A DNA stretch of 56,216 bases from Terriglobales bacterium (GTDB lineage Bacteria; Acidobacteriota; Terriglobia; Terriglobales; SCQP01). The notes beneath the pieces are model-generated. The model was not told the origin of the DNA. It worked only from the letters and a program-made list of their open reading frames with translations, and did not search any database. Location of the stretch: assembly GCA_051959955.1 (NCBI GenBank), contig JBQCEU010000021.1, forward strand, positions 1 through 56,216. The letters are read 5' to 3'. Positions 37,919 through 46,723 of the stretch are shown one piece after another (within the stretch, counting starts at the first letter, position 1; every line of letters begins with the position of its first letter). Both the position numbers and the translations under genes were made by a program.

Positions 37919-38443
37919 ATGAGCCTAATCGAACGCCCCAATGCCACCTCCATGGGCGACAAGCCCTTAACCTTGCTGGGGCCCGCGCTGAAAGCGGGCG
38001 ATACCATGCCCGACTTCACCCTCACGGACAACGGCCTCAAACCGGTCACCAAGGCGGACAGCCAGGGCAAGGTACGCATCTTTAGCGTGGTGCCGTCCCT
38101 GGATACGCCGGTGTGCGATTTGCAGACGCGTCGCTTCAACGAGGAAGCAGGAAAACTGGGCGACAAGGTCAAGGTGCTGACCGTGAGCATGGACCTGCCG
38201 TTTGCCCAAAAACGCTGGTGTGGGGCTGCCAATGCTTCTCATGTGCAGACCCTCTCCGATTACCAGACAGCCAAATTCGGCGAGGCAACCGGCACCTTGA
38301 TCAAGGACCTGCGGCTACTTTCGCGCGCCATCTTCGTTGTGGATGGCGGCGGGGCGATTCGCTACGTCGAGTACGTGCCCAAGATCGGCGAGCATCCCAA
38401 CTACGACGCCGCCCTTCAGGCGACCCGCGCCTTGTTGGCATAG
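37919..38443 (+). CDS. tpx: thiol peroxidase
   Basis: 174 aa. SVVPSLDTPVCDLQTRRFN, and CGA as the resolving Cys region. Confidence 0.95.
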   Translation: MSLIERPNATSMGDKPLTLLGPALKAGDTMPDFTLTDNGLKPVTKADSQGKVRIFSVVPSLDTPVCDLQTRRFNEEAGKLGDKVKVLTVSMDLPFAQKRWCGAANASHVQTLSDYQTAKFGEATGTLIKDLRLLSRAIFVVDGGGAIRYVEYVPKIGEHPNYDAALQATRALLA

Positions 38444-38484
38444 TGGGTAGAGCGCGGGTGGGCGCCACCGGGCACCCGCCTGCG

Positions 38485-39144
38485 CTATTGCACCACTTGG
38501 ATCTTCACGTTCCGCAGGATGTTCGGGTACTGAGGAATGTCCTGGGCGCCACTCTTGCGCGGGCCCTCCGACAGCGCCTGCGCCACGTCCAACCCGTCCA
38601 CAATCTGGCCAATGATCAAGTAGCCGCCGTTATCCAGCGCGGGAACCGGCTTGAGTGTAAAGAAGATCTGGGAGCCGCGCGAGGAGCTGTCGCCCGGGAC
38701 CTGCGCCAGCGCCATGCGGCCCGGCTGATCAAATTTCAGGCTGTTCTTCTCAAAGGGCAGGGTATATCCGAGTTTGCCGGTGCCGTTGTTGAGCGGGTCG
38801 CCGGTTTGAATCAGGTACCCGGGGATGGTACGAAAGAACAGCAGGCTTTGATAGAGGGGCGCCATGGAAAGCGTCCCCATGCGCGGATCCTTGTAAGGCT
38901 GTTTACCCTCAGCCAAGTTGATAAAATTGGCCACCGCCTTGGGAGCATCCTTGGGGTAGAGCTGTGCCTTGAAGCTGCCTTTGCTGGTATTGAAGACGGC
39001 GTAGGTGCCGGGGCCAAGCTGGGCGGGGGCGGCGGCCGCCTTGGCAGGGGCTTTCTTCGGAGCACTCTTCTGGGCGCTCAGGCTGAGAGAGCAGGCCAAG
39101 GTGAGGGCGGCGGCGGTCAGGATTCGCGAACAGGCAGTGCGCAT
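38485..39144 (-). CDS. cyclophilin-type peptidyl-prolyl cis-trans isomerase, secreted
   Basis: Signal peptide. FFRTIPGYLIQTGDP..NGTG and GSQIFFTL motifs. Confidence 0.9.
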   Translation of the reverse strand: MRTACSRILTAAALTLACSLSLSAQKSAPKKAPAKAAAAPAQLGPGTYAVFNTSKGSFKAQLYPKDAPKAVANFINLAEGKQPYKDPRMGTLSMAPLYQSLLFFRTIPGYLIQTGDPLNNGTGKLGYTLPFEKNSLKFDQPGRMALAQVPGDSSSRGSQIFFTLKPVPALDNGGYLIIGQIVDGLDVAQALSEGPRKSGAQDIPQYPNILRNVKIQVVQ

Positions 39145-39253
39145 GGGGATCTCCTCGCTCCCTGGTCGGACTGAGCTTGGCCGGGAGACTCGCAAAGATT
39201 ATACGAGATGACGCTTCCGGCGCAAATAGCAGGAGATGAGGGATTGCCGGCCG

Positions 39254-40039
39254 TTACTCGACGGGCAGGGTATCGAGGCCGTAACCGGAAGGTCCAATGC
39301 GGATCAGCAGGCGGCTGAGTGGGTAGCCGGCGGCGATCTCCTTGCGAACCACGGGCTGGAGGATGTGCATGAATTCTTCGTCTTCAGCCCCGAAGGTCAC
39401 CAGGAAGTTGCGATTGGGGATGGCGACGGCAAACTCTTCGGTGCGAAGCAGTTCAGCCGCCCGGTCGTGAAACTGTGGCGCCAGGATGAAGGCCGCCTTA
39501 TGCCCCTGCGCCATCTCGACGTGAAAGGCGCGGATCGTATCCTGAATCGTCCAGGCGACGACGGTGGCCTCGTTCCACAGCCGCTCCAGGTTTTCGAGCG
39601 CCGCGGCCAGCAGGCACTCTTCCGGGAGGTCCCAAACCTGCAGTTGCTCGCGCTGCAGCCAGACGTCGTGGTCGCCACAGGTAAGCACGTACCCCACTTC
39701 GCCGGCCAGAGGATAAAACAGCGGGTGTTGCTGGCGCTTCACCAGGCCGGAGGTGATGAGCTTGGGGAAGATTTGCGGGCGGGCGGATTCCCAATCGGCC
39801 GGGATGCGGTGTTCAATCGTCCCCACGACGCGGGTCAGGTAGGTGTCCATGTCGAACCGGTCGCCGTTCTGGCAAAACGCCGCCCAGGCGCGGCTGAGGC
39901 GCAAGCGGTGGGCGGTGGGGCGGCCGGATGGGGAGCGCAGGATGGCGATTTCCAGTTGACCCGCTTTCAGAAAGCGTGCCTGCGGATACAGCCTTTGCAG
40001 GCGAAGGAGCGCGCTTGCCTCAAATTCTTCGCGGGTCAT
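39254..40039 (-). CDS. hypothetical protein, DUF1444/UPF0354 (YtpQ)-like
   Basis: 261 aa. The C-terminal half (AVAIPNRNFLVTFGAEDEEF..) resembles the YtpQ family layout. Function unknown. Confidence 0.6.
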   Translation of the reverse strand: MTREEFEASALLRLQRLYPQARFLKAGQLEIAILRSPSGRPTAHRLRLSRAWAAFCQNGDRFDMDTYLTRVVGTIEHRIPADWESARPQIFPKLITSGLVKRQQHPLFYPLAGEVGYVLTCGDHDVWLQREQLQVWDLPEECLLAAALENLERLWNEATVVAWTIQDTIRAFHVEMAQGHKAAFILAPQFHDRAAELLRTEEFAVAIPNRNFLVTFGAEDEEFMHILQPVVRKEIAAGYPLSRLLIRIGPSGYGLDTLPVE

Positions 40040-40093
40040 TGCCTCGATGATAGCAAGTTCCAGAGTTGGTGGCTGACGCCGTCGGCGGCGGGA

Positions 40094-40798
40094 TCAATGC
40101 GGCCGCAGTTGCAGCGGACGGTCCAGGCGCACGGTGAGGCGGCTGCCGGGATTGAGTTCGAGATGGCGATGGCGAACCAGCCAGATGCCGGCCGCAATGG
40201 CGGCGCCGATTCCCGCTCCGGCGACCGCGCCCTGACCGCCCGCCAGCAGCGCTCCCCCCAGCAGGCCGCCGCCAACACCGGCTTCGGTGTGGGGGAGGTC
40301 GGAGCGCATCATGCCGCGGGGTTCGCGCAGCATGCCCTCGGAATCAACCTTGGCCTCATGCAGCGGATCGCTCTGCGTCACCACGGCGCTGATGGTGTAG
40401 CGGGTACCGTCCGGCAGGGTGAGCAAATCAGGCTTGAGCAGCAGTTCCGAGTCGGCCAAAGCCGGACGCTCGTCGCGGACACGTATCACATGGCCCTCGA
40501 GAATGGAGCCGGCGGGAACGACTTCGCGGCCCTGATAGAACACCGAGGTCATCACGCGGGCGGCAAAGCCGTCACCATACTGGTTGTCGCGCGTGCTCAG
40601 ATGGGTTTCCAACTGCAGAGGGATGGGCGTCTGTGCCGGCAACGTCAGCGGCGCCGTGCCTGCCACGGCACGTACCGCCGCGCTGCGCGTGGAGGGTGCG
40701 GGGATATCGGTGACGGTGGGGCTGGGCGCTTGCGCGGCCGCGATCAGAGTTGTGACCGTGGCGGCACAGAACGCGGTTAGGATGCGCGAGATGCTCAT
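40094..40798 (-). CDS. hypothetical secreted protein with C-terminal glycine-zipper segment
   Basis: Signal peptide MSISRILTAFCAATVTTLIAAAQA. Gly-zipper GVGGGLLGGALLAGGQGAVAGAGIGAAIAAGIW. Confidence 0.6.
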   Translation of the reverse strand: MSISRILTAFCAATVTTLIAAAQAPSPTVTDIPAPSTRSAAVRAVAGTAPLTLPAQTPIPLQLETHLSTRDNQYGDGFAARVMTSVFYQGREVVPAGSILEGHVIRVRDERPALADSELLLKPDLLTLPDGTRYTISAVVTQSDPLHEAKVDSEGMLREPRGMMRSDLPHTEAGVGGGLLGGALLAGGQGAVAGAGIGAAIAAGIWLVRHRHLELNPGSRLTVRLDRPLQLRPH

Positions 40799-40891
40799 AG
40801 CGTCAGCATAGCCGCCGCCGCGGCCGCCAGGGAACAAAACCGGTGGCGGACTCGCAAGAGTAACCCTGGGCGGGGAAGCGGCGGCCAAAGG

Positions 40892-40921
40892 TTGAATTGC
40901 ACCACCTGCGGGGCGTATGCT
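40892..40921 (+). promoter_or_regulatory. candidate sigma-70 promoter of the sdh operon (TTGAAT-N18-TATGCT)
   Basis: Hexamers read directly from the sequence, 36 nt upstream of the GTG start. That start has a GGGGGAG Shine-Dalgarno. Confidence 0.3.
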
Positions 40922-40956
40922 GAAGGTTCGCCTTTCGTTTCGCCAGGGGGAGACTC

Positions 40957-41754
40957 GTGTCCTCGATCGACGTTCCATTGAAAAGGCTCAACCAGCGCGG
41001 TTTCGGCCAGACCGAGCGCCCGGATCTGTGGTGGCTCAATCCACTGCTGGTGTTTCTGGGCCTGGGCGGTTTCCTTGTTTATTCAACCTGGGCTGCCTTC
41101 CAGGGAGATTTCTACCGGTTCGGTCCCTACCTGTCTCCCATGTACTCGCCGGTGCTGTTCACCACCCGGCCGAACTGGTGGCCGATCTGGGTGCCGTTCT
41201 CAGCGGCGCTGGCGATCTTATGGGCGCCGGGCGGTTTCCGCGTGACCTGCTACTACTACCGCGGCGCCTACTACAAGGCCTTTTGGGCCGATCCGCCGGC
41301 GTGCGCGGTGGGCGAGCCGCGCAAGAAGTATTGGGGCGAGCGCAAGTTTCCGCTGCTGCTGCAAAACATCCATCGCTATTTTCTTTATCTGGCGCTGCTC
41401 TTCCTGGTACTGCTGGCGCATGATGCCTGGAACGCTCTCTGGTGGACTCACGCCATGGACCCGGCAGTGCCGATCGGTCAAAGGATGTTTGAGCTGCGGG
41501 TGGGCACGCTGGTGATGATCATCAACCCCATTCTGCTGGGCGGCTATACGCTGGGCTGCCATTCCCTGCGCCACCTGGTGGGCGGGCGCAAGGATGAGAT
41601 GGGCCGGCCGCGCAAAAAGGTCTACGACTGCGTGACCTGCCTGAATGGCAGGCACATGAATTGGGCGTGGTTCAGCCTGTTTTTTGTGATGTTCGCCGAT
41701 ATCTACGTGCGCTTGTGCGCCATGGGGATCTGGCCCGACTGGAGACTTTTCTAA
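40957..41754 (+). CDS. sdhC: succinate dehydrogenase membrane subunit, mycobacterial Sdh1 (Rv0249c)-like
   Basis: 265-aa polytopic protein immediately upstream of sdhA/sdhB. Cys/His pairs GCHSLRH and CVTCLNGRH. The size and context match the single-anchor Sdh1 type. Confidence 0.65.
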   Translation: MSSIDVPLKRLNQRGFGQTERPDLWWLNPLLVFLGLGGFLVYSTWAAFQGDFYRFGPYLSPMYSPVLFTTRPNWWPIWVPFSAALAILWAPGGFRVTCYYYRGAYYKAFWADPPACAVGEPRKKYWGERKFPLLLQNIHRYFLYLALLFLVLLAHDAWNALWWTHAMDPAVPIGQRMFELRVGTLVMIINPILLGGYTLGCHSLRHLVGGRKDEMGRPRKKVYDCVTCLNGRHMNWAWFSLFFVMFADIYVRLCAMGIWPDWRLF

Positions 41755-41757
41755 CCT

Positions 41758-43578
41758 ATGCCTGGGTATACGACGCATGAATGCGATGTGCTGGTAGTCG
41801 GAGCGGGCGGCGCCGGATTGCGGGCGGCGATTGAAGCGTCGGCCGCCGGCGCCAAGGTGACCGTGGTCACCAAGTCACTGCTGGGCAAGGCGCACACCGT
41901 GATGGCCGAGGGCGGCATGGCGGCCGCCATGGGCAACGTGGACGACCGCGACAACTGGCGCGTGCATTTTGCCGACACCATGCGCGGCGGTCAGTACCTG
42001 AACAACTGGCGCATGGCGGAGTTGCACGCCAAGGAGGCGCCGGCGCGGGTGAAGGAACTGGAGGCGTGGGGGGCGATTTTCGATCGCACCCAGGACGGCC
42101 GCATTCTGCAGCGCAATTTCGGCGGCCACCGCTATCCCCGGCTGGCGCACGTGGGGGATCGCACCGGGCTGGAAATGATCCGCACGCTGCAGGATCACGG
42201 CATTCATCAAGGCATTGATTTTCACATGGAGACCACGCTGCTGACGCTGCTGGTGAGCGGCGGACGCTGCGTGGGCGGATTCGGGTATGAGCGCGAACGG
42301 GGGCGCTATTTGTTGATCCTGGCCAAGGCGGTGGTGCTGGCCACCGGCGGCATCGGCCGCGCCTTCCAGATCACCAGCAACAGTTGGGAGTACACCGGCG
42401 ACGGCCAGTCGCTGGCCTACCATGCGGGGGCGGCGGTGCGCGACTGCGAATTCGTCCAGTTCCACCCGACCGGCATGGTGTGGCCGCCCAGCGTGCGCGG
42501 CATTCTGGTGACCGAGGGGGTGCGGGGCGAAGGCGGGGTGCTGCGCAACAACCAGGGCAAGCGCTTCATGTTCGACGACGTGCCCGAAAATTACCGCAGC
42601 TCGACCGCCGACAACCCGGAGGAGGGCTGGCGCTGCACGCAGGGCGACCGCAACTCGCGGCGTCCGCCGGAGCTGCTCACCCGCGACCACGTGGCGCGCT
42701 GCATCCGCCGCGAGGTGCAGGCGGGGCGCGGCAGCCCGCACGGAGGGGTGTTTCTCGACATCGCCTGGATCAAGGAGAAGCTGCCCAACTCGGTGGAGCA
42801 CATCAAAAAGAAGTTGCCCAGCATGTATCACCAGTTCAAGCAGCTCGCCGATCTGGATATCACCCAGACGCCGATGGAAGTGGGGCCGACCACGCACTAC
42901 TTCATGGGCGGCATCCAAGTGGATGGGGACACCCAGATGACCAACGTGGACGGCCTGTTCGCCGCCGGGGAGTGCGCGGCCGGCCTGCACGGCGCCAATC
43001 GGCTGGGCGGAAACTCGCTATCCGATTTGCTGGTGTTCGGCAAACGGGCGGGCGAGTATGCCGCCGGCTTTGCCCGGGAGCACGCGGCCGTCTCCGAAGG
43101 AGGGGTGAAGGACCAGATTGAGGCTGCCATCCGGCGGGCCGAGGCGCCATTTGAACGCGGGCCGGGCGGCGAAAACCCGTTCGCGCTGCAGCAGGAGCTG
43201 CAGGAGACGATGCAGAAATGGGTGGGCATTGTGCGCACCCGGACGGAGATGGAGCAGGCGCTGGAGGCGCTGCAGCGGTTGCGGCTGAAGGCGGAGCGGG
43301 TGGGCGTGGGCGGCAACCGCGAGTACAACAACGGCTGGCACACCGCGCTGGATCTGGACAACCTGCTCACCGTGGCCGAACTCGTGACCCGTGCCGGACT
43401 GGAGCGCACCGAAAGCCGCGGCGGGCATTTCCGCGACGATTTCCCCGGCAAGGATGAAGCGTGGGGCAAGGTCAACCTGGAAATCCGGCGCGGGCCGGAC
43501 GGAGCGCCGCAGTTGCGCAAGCTCCCCGTCACGCCGCTGCCGCAGGATTTGCAGCAGGCGATTGAGGAGAACAAGTAA
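41758..43578 (+). CDS. sdhA: succinate dehydrogenase/fumarate reductase flavoprotein subunit
   Basis: VLVVGAGGAGLRAA FAD fold, HTVMAEGG, and ECAAGLHGANRLGGNSLSDLLVFG. Confidence 0.95.
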   Translation: MPGYTTHECDVLVVGAGGAGLRAAIEASAAGAKVTVVTKSLLGKAHTVMAEGGMAAAMGNVDDRDNWRVHFADTMRGGQYLNNWRMAELHAKEAPARVKELEAWGAIFDRTQDGRILQRNFGGHRYPRLAHVGDRTGLEMIRTLQDHGIHQGIDFHMETTLLTLLVSGGRCVGGFGYERERGRYLLILAKAVVLATGGIGRAFQITSNSWEYTGDGQSLAYHAGAAVRDCEFVQFHPTGMVWPPSVRGILVTEGVRGEGGVLRNNQGKRFMFDDVPENYRSSTADNPEEGWRCTQGDRNSRRPPELLTRDHVARCIRREVQAGRGSPHGGVFLDIAWIKEKLPNSVEHIKKKLPSMYHQFKQLADLDITQTPMEVGPTTHYFMGGIQVDGDTQMTNVDGLFAAGECAAGLHGANRLGGNSLSDLLVFGKRAGEYAAGFAREHAAVSEGGVKDQIEAAIRRAEAPFERGPGGENPFALQQELQETMQKWVGIVRTRTEMEQALEALQRLRLKAERVGVGGNREYNNGWHTALDLDNLLTVAELVTRAGLERTESRGGHFRDDFPGKDEAWGKVNLEIRRGPDGAPQLRKLPVTPLPQDLQQAIEENK

Positions 43579-44384
43579 TGGCATCGGCGACCCAACCCGC
43601 CCCGGCGCAGGCGCAGGGAACCACCGCCGGCGGCGCGGCGCAGGCCCGTTCGGCAACCTTCCGCATCTGGCGGGGCAACGACAATCAGGGCGGCTATGTG
43701 GATTTCACCACCGAGGTCCAGGACGGCATGGTGGTCCTCGACGCCGTGCATCATATTCAGGCCACCCAGGCGCCGGATTTGGCGGTGCGCTGGAACTGCA
43801 AGGCGGGGAAGTGCGGCTCCTGTTCGGCCGAAATCAACGGCATGCCCAAATTGATGTGCATGACGCGCCTCAACAGCCTGGATCTGTCCCAGCCGGTGAC
43901 CATCGAACCCATGCGCACCTTCCCGCATGTGAAGGATCTGGTGACGGATGTTTCGTGGAACTACCGCACCAAGGAGCGCATCGCGCCTTTCCACCCCAAG
44001 CCGCCCGAGGCCGACGGGACGTGGCGGGAAACGCAGGCGGATGTGGACCGCCCGCAGGAGTTCCGCAAGTGCATCGAGTGTTTCCTCTGCCAGGATGTCT
44101 GCCACGTGCTGCGCGAACACCATATGCACGACCAGTTCGTGGGGCCGCGCTTCCTCATCCACATCGCGCAGTTGGAGATGAACCCGCTGGATGACGGCGA
44201 CCGGCTGAAGGAATTGAAGGACGACTTCAATATCGGCTACTGCAACATCAACAAGTGCTGCACCAAGGTCTGCCCGGAGGGCATCCACATTACCGACAAC
44301 GGGATCATTCCCCTGAAGGAGCGTGTCGTGGACCGTTTCTACGATCCTCTCGGGGGACTATGGAGCCGGCGAAAGAAGAAGTAG
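43578..44384 (+). CDS. sdhB: succinate dehydrogenase/fumarate reductase iron-sulfur subunit
   Basis: [15 protein letters not shown] (2Fe-2S), [11 protein letters not shown], and CCTKVCP cluster motifs. Confidence 0.93.
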   Translation: MASATQPAPAQAQGTTAGGAAQARSATFRIWRGNDNQGGYVDFTTEVQDGMVVLDAVHHIQATQAPDLAVRWNCKAGKCGSCSAEINGMPKLMCMTRLNSLDLSQPVTIEPMRTFPHVKDLVTDVSWNYRTKERIAPFHPKPPEADGTWRETQADVDRPQEFRKCIECFLCQDVCHVLREHHMHDQFVGPRFLIHIAQLEMNPLDDGDRLKELKDDFNIGYCNINKCCTKVCPEGIHITDNGIIPLKERVVDRFYDPLGGLWSRRKKK

Positions 44385-44388
44385 GCGG

Positions 44389-44655
44389 GTGGAGATCCAT
44401 TTCAACGGGCGGCCGGTCACGGTGACGGCCGGCACATTGACGGAACTGCTGGCCGAGATGGGGATTGGGGAGGAGCGGGTGGCGGTGGAACGCAACCGCG
44501 ACCTGGTACCCAGGCGGCTGTGGGCGGAAACCCGGCTGGCCCCGGGCGACACCATCGAAGTGGTGCAAATGGTGGGTGGCGGGTGCTTCAGCCCCCGTGG
44601 TGGGCTCGCTGCTTCTGGGTTCGGTAGAGACGGGCGTGGCGGCGGATTTCAATGA
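44389..44655 (+). CDS. thiS: ThiS-family sulfur-carrier (beta-grasp) protein with a 23-aa extension past the Gly-Gly end
   Basis: GTG start 4 nt after sdhB. The 65-aa core ([33 protein letters not shown]) matches the ThiS layout. The ORF then continues CFSPRGG... into the antisense strand of the convergent GT2 gene. Confidence 0.7.
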   Translation: MEIHFNGRPVTVTAGTLTELLAEMGIGEERVAVERNRDLVPRRLWAETRLAPGDTIEVVQMVGGGCFSPRGGLAASGFGRDGRGGGFQ

Positions 44656-45334
44656 CATCCCAGAACATGCGCAGGCTGTCGCGCAGCAGGTGAATCTTGG
44701 CGCCGGTGGCATGCGACCAGACCACCGGCACCTCCTCCACGCGAAAGCCGAAGCGACGGGCGAGAAAGAGCAGTTCGGGGTCGAACCCCCAGCGCTCAAT
44801 CCGCTGTTGCGGAAAAATCGCCAGCGCGCTTTCCCGATTGAAGAGCTTGAAGCCGCATTGGGTATCGCTGAAGGGCAGGCTCAGCCCGAGGCGCACGATG
44901 GCATTGAACACGCGGCCGGCGTTTTCCCGAAACCAGGACTGGTGAACGCCAATCCAGTCGCGCCGCCGGCGGCTGCCGATGGCGATATCGGCGCCGTCGC
45001 GCAGCGCCTCCTCCAGCCGCGGCAGTTCGCTGAGCGGAGCTGACAGGTCCGCGTCGGTGAACAGGCGGCGTTCCCCGCTGGCGGCCAGCATTCCCTGCCG
45101 GACACTGTATCCCTTGCCGCGATTTCCGGGGTTGTAGAGCCGGCGCCAAACCAGCCCCACGCGGTCGGCAGGCAGCGGCAGATGACCCGAGCCGTCGGTG
45201 GATCCGTCATCCACGATGATGATCTCGACGGCGCGCGCGTCCTGGGCGAAGTAGCGCTGGATGGCGGCCAGGGTGGCCGGCAGGCGCTGGGCCTCGTTGT
45301 AGACCGGGATGATAATGCTCAGGTCGGCATTCAT
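44588..45334 (-). CDS. family 2 glycosyltransferase (dolichyl-phosphate glucosyltransferase-like)
   Basis: [29 protein letters not shown], and FTDADLS motifs. Confidence 0.85.
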   Translation of the reverse strand: MNADLSIIIPVYNEAQRLPATLAAIQRYFAQDARAVEIIIVDDGSTDGSGHLPLPADRVGLVWRRLYNPGNRGKGYSVRQGMLAASGERRLFTDADLSAPLSELPRLEEALRDGADIAIGSRRRRDWIGVHQSWFRENAGRVFNAIVRLGLSLPFSDTQCGFKLFNRESALAIFPQQRIERWGFDPELLFLARRFGFRVEEVPVVWSHATGAKIHLLRDSLRMFWDVIEIRRHARLYRTQKQRAHHGG

Positions 45335-45371
45335 CGCTGCGCCCAGTATACGCGGGAGTTATCCGCCCCGG

Positions 45372-46382
45372 TCAGCCGGCGCGGCGTTGCGGTTCGACGT
45401 GCAGCCGGGCGCCCATGCGCTCCAAAAATAACCGCAGGATGGACTCATCCCACCATTGCTGGCGCGCTTCATAGAGCAGCACCGCGGCAGCCTGCGCATG
45501 GGTCCAGGCAGGTTTGTAGGGCCGCGAAGTGGTGAGGGCGTCATAGGCGTCCGCCACTTGCAGCACCCGCGCCAGAATGGGGATCTCCTCCCCCGCCAGC
45601 CCGTCCGGATAGCCCCGGCCATTCCAGTGTTCATGATGATGGCGGATGATGGGCAGCACCCGCTGCAGGCTGCGCAGCGGTTGGCAGATCTTCTCGCCGG
45701 TCACGGGGTGGCGCCGGAGGATGGCCATTTCATGGGCGTCCAGCGGGCCCGGCTTGCGCAGAATGGCATCCGGCACGGCGATCTTGCCGATATCGTGCAA
45801 TACGCCCCCGCGGCGCAGGGCGACAATGTCCTCCTCGCTCAGCCCCATGTCCTGGCCGAGTTGGGCGGCATAGCTGGAGAGGCGGGCGCAATGTCCCTCG
45901 GTGTAAGGATCGCGGGCCTCGACCCCCAGGGCCAGCGAGAACAGTACGGTCTCGGCGTTTTCGAGTTCATCGGTGAACTGCTTCAACTTCAACAGACTCT
46001 TCACCCGGGCAATCAACTCCGGGGAGTCCAACGGCTTGTTCACAAAATCGTCGGCGCCGGCTTCAATCCCCTGCAGTCTGGCCTCCCGTTCGGTCAGGCC
46101 AGTGACCAAAATTACCGGAATCAAACGCGTGGCAGGGTCTTCCTTGAGCTCGCGACAGAGTTCGATACCACTGCGGCCCGGCATGACCACGTCCAGCAGA
46201 ATGAGGTCGGGCGGCCGTTCACGCACAATGCGTTCGGCCTGCTCGGCATCGGCGGCGCCTTCCACTTGGTAGTGCTGCCCCAAGAGGAGTTCCTGGGTCA
46301 GAATGCGGCTGCTTTCGTCGTCCTCCACTACGAGGACGCGGAACTCTCGGCGCGGGCGCAGAAATTCGGGGGAGGCGGGCAC
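45372..46382 (-). CDS. response regulator with HD-GYP phosphodiesterase domain
   Basis: REC domain (VLVVEDDESS.., DLILLDVVMPG). HD-GYP domain (LHDIGKIAVP, HHEHWNGRGYPDGL). GTG start. Confidence 0.9.
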   Translation of the reverse strand: MPASPEFLRPRREFRVLVVEDDESSRILTQELLLGQHYQVEGAADAEQAERIVRERPPDLILLDVVMPGRSGIELCRELKEDPATRLIPVILVTGLTEREARLQGIEAGADDFVNKPLDSPELIARVKSLLKLKQFTDELENAETVLFSLALGVEARDPYTEGHCARLSSYAAQLGQDMGLSEEDIVALRRGGVLHDIGKIAVPDAILRKPGPLDAHEMAILRRHPVTGEKICQPLRSLQRVLPIIRHHHEHWNGRGYPDGLAGEEIPILARVLQVADAYDALTTSRPYKPAWTHAQAAAVLLYEARQQWWDESILRLFLERMGARLHVEPQRRAG

Positions 46383-46453
46383 GGTTCACTGGGTCGGGCC
46401 ATGGGGTCCCGAGATGACTCTTTTGTTGGATGTTGCGACTGGCCGCTTGGCGG

Positions 46454-46465
46454 CGCAAATTTGCG
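46454..46465. promoter_or_regulatory. perfect 12-bp palindrome CGCAAATTTGCG upstream of the HD-GYP regulator gene
   Basis: Read directly from the sequence, 72-83 nt upstream of the GTG at 46382. Followed by overlapping GGGCCC/CCCGGG palindromes. Confidence 0.3.
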
Positions 46466-46501
46466 GGCCCGGGCGTCGAAGTGGAAGAAAAGTAATGTTT
46501 T

Positions 46502-46723
46502 CTAGCGGGGGCGAAAGTACGCGCCCTGCTGATCGGTGATGGTGACGATGCGTTCGGTGGCTAGCAATTCAGCCAAGGCTGCCTGAATGGCATCTTCGCC
46601 ATAGCGATCTTCGTAGTGTCCGCCATCGGTGGTGTTAAGAAACATGAACACCGCCACGTAGTCCATCCGCTCGCCGGCATGAGCTGCCAACAGGTTCAGC
46701 ACGTCGCTGGCAATGGCCGTCAT
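46502..46723 (-). CDS. hypothetical 73-aa protein translationally coupled to pdaD
   Basis: ATGA start/stop overlap with the upstream gene. Moderately high GC3. No recognisable motif. Confidence 0.45.
   Translation of the reverse strand: MTAIASDVLNLLAAHAGERMDYVAVFMFLNTTDGGHYEDRYGEDAIQAALAELLATERIVTITDQQGAYFRPR

Noticed and set aside
38451-38486. Hairpin between convergent tpx and the cyclophilin gene as a bidirectional terminator
   Set aside because: It has only a 7-bp core stem (GCGGGTG/CACCCGC) with a 12-nt loop and no T-tracts. That is too weak to call as a feature.
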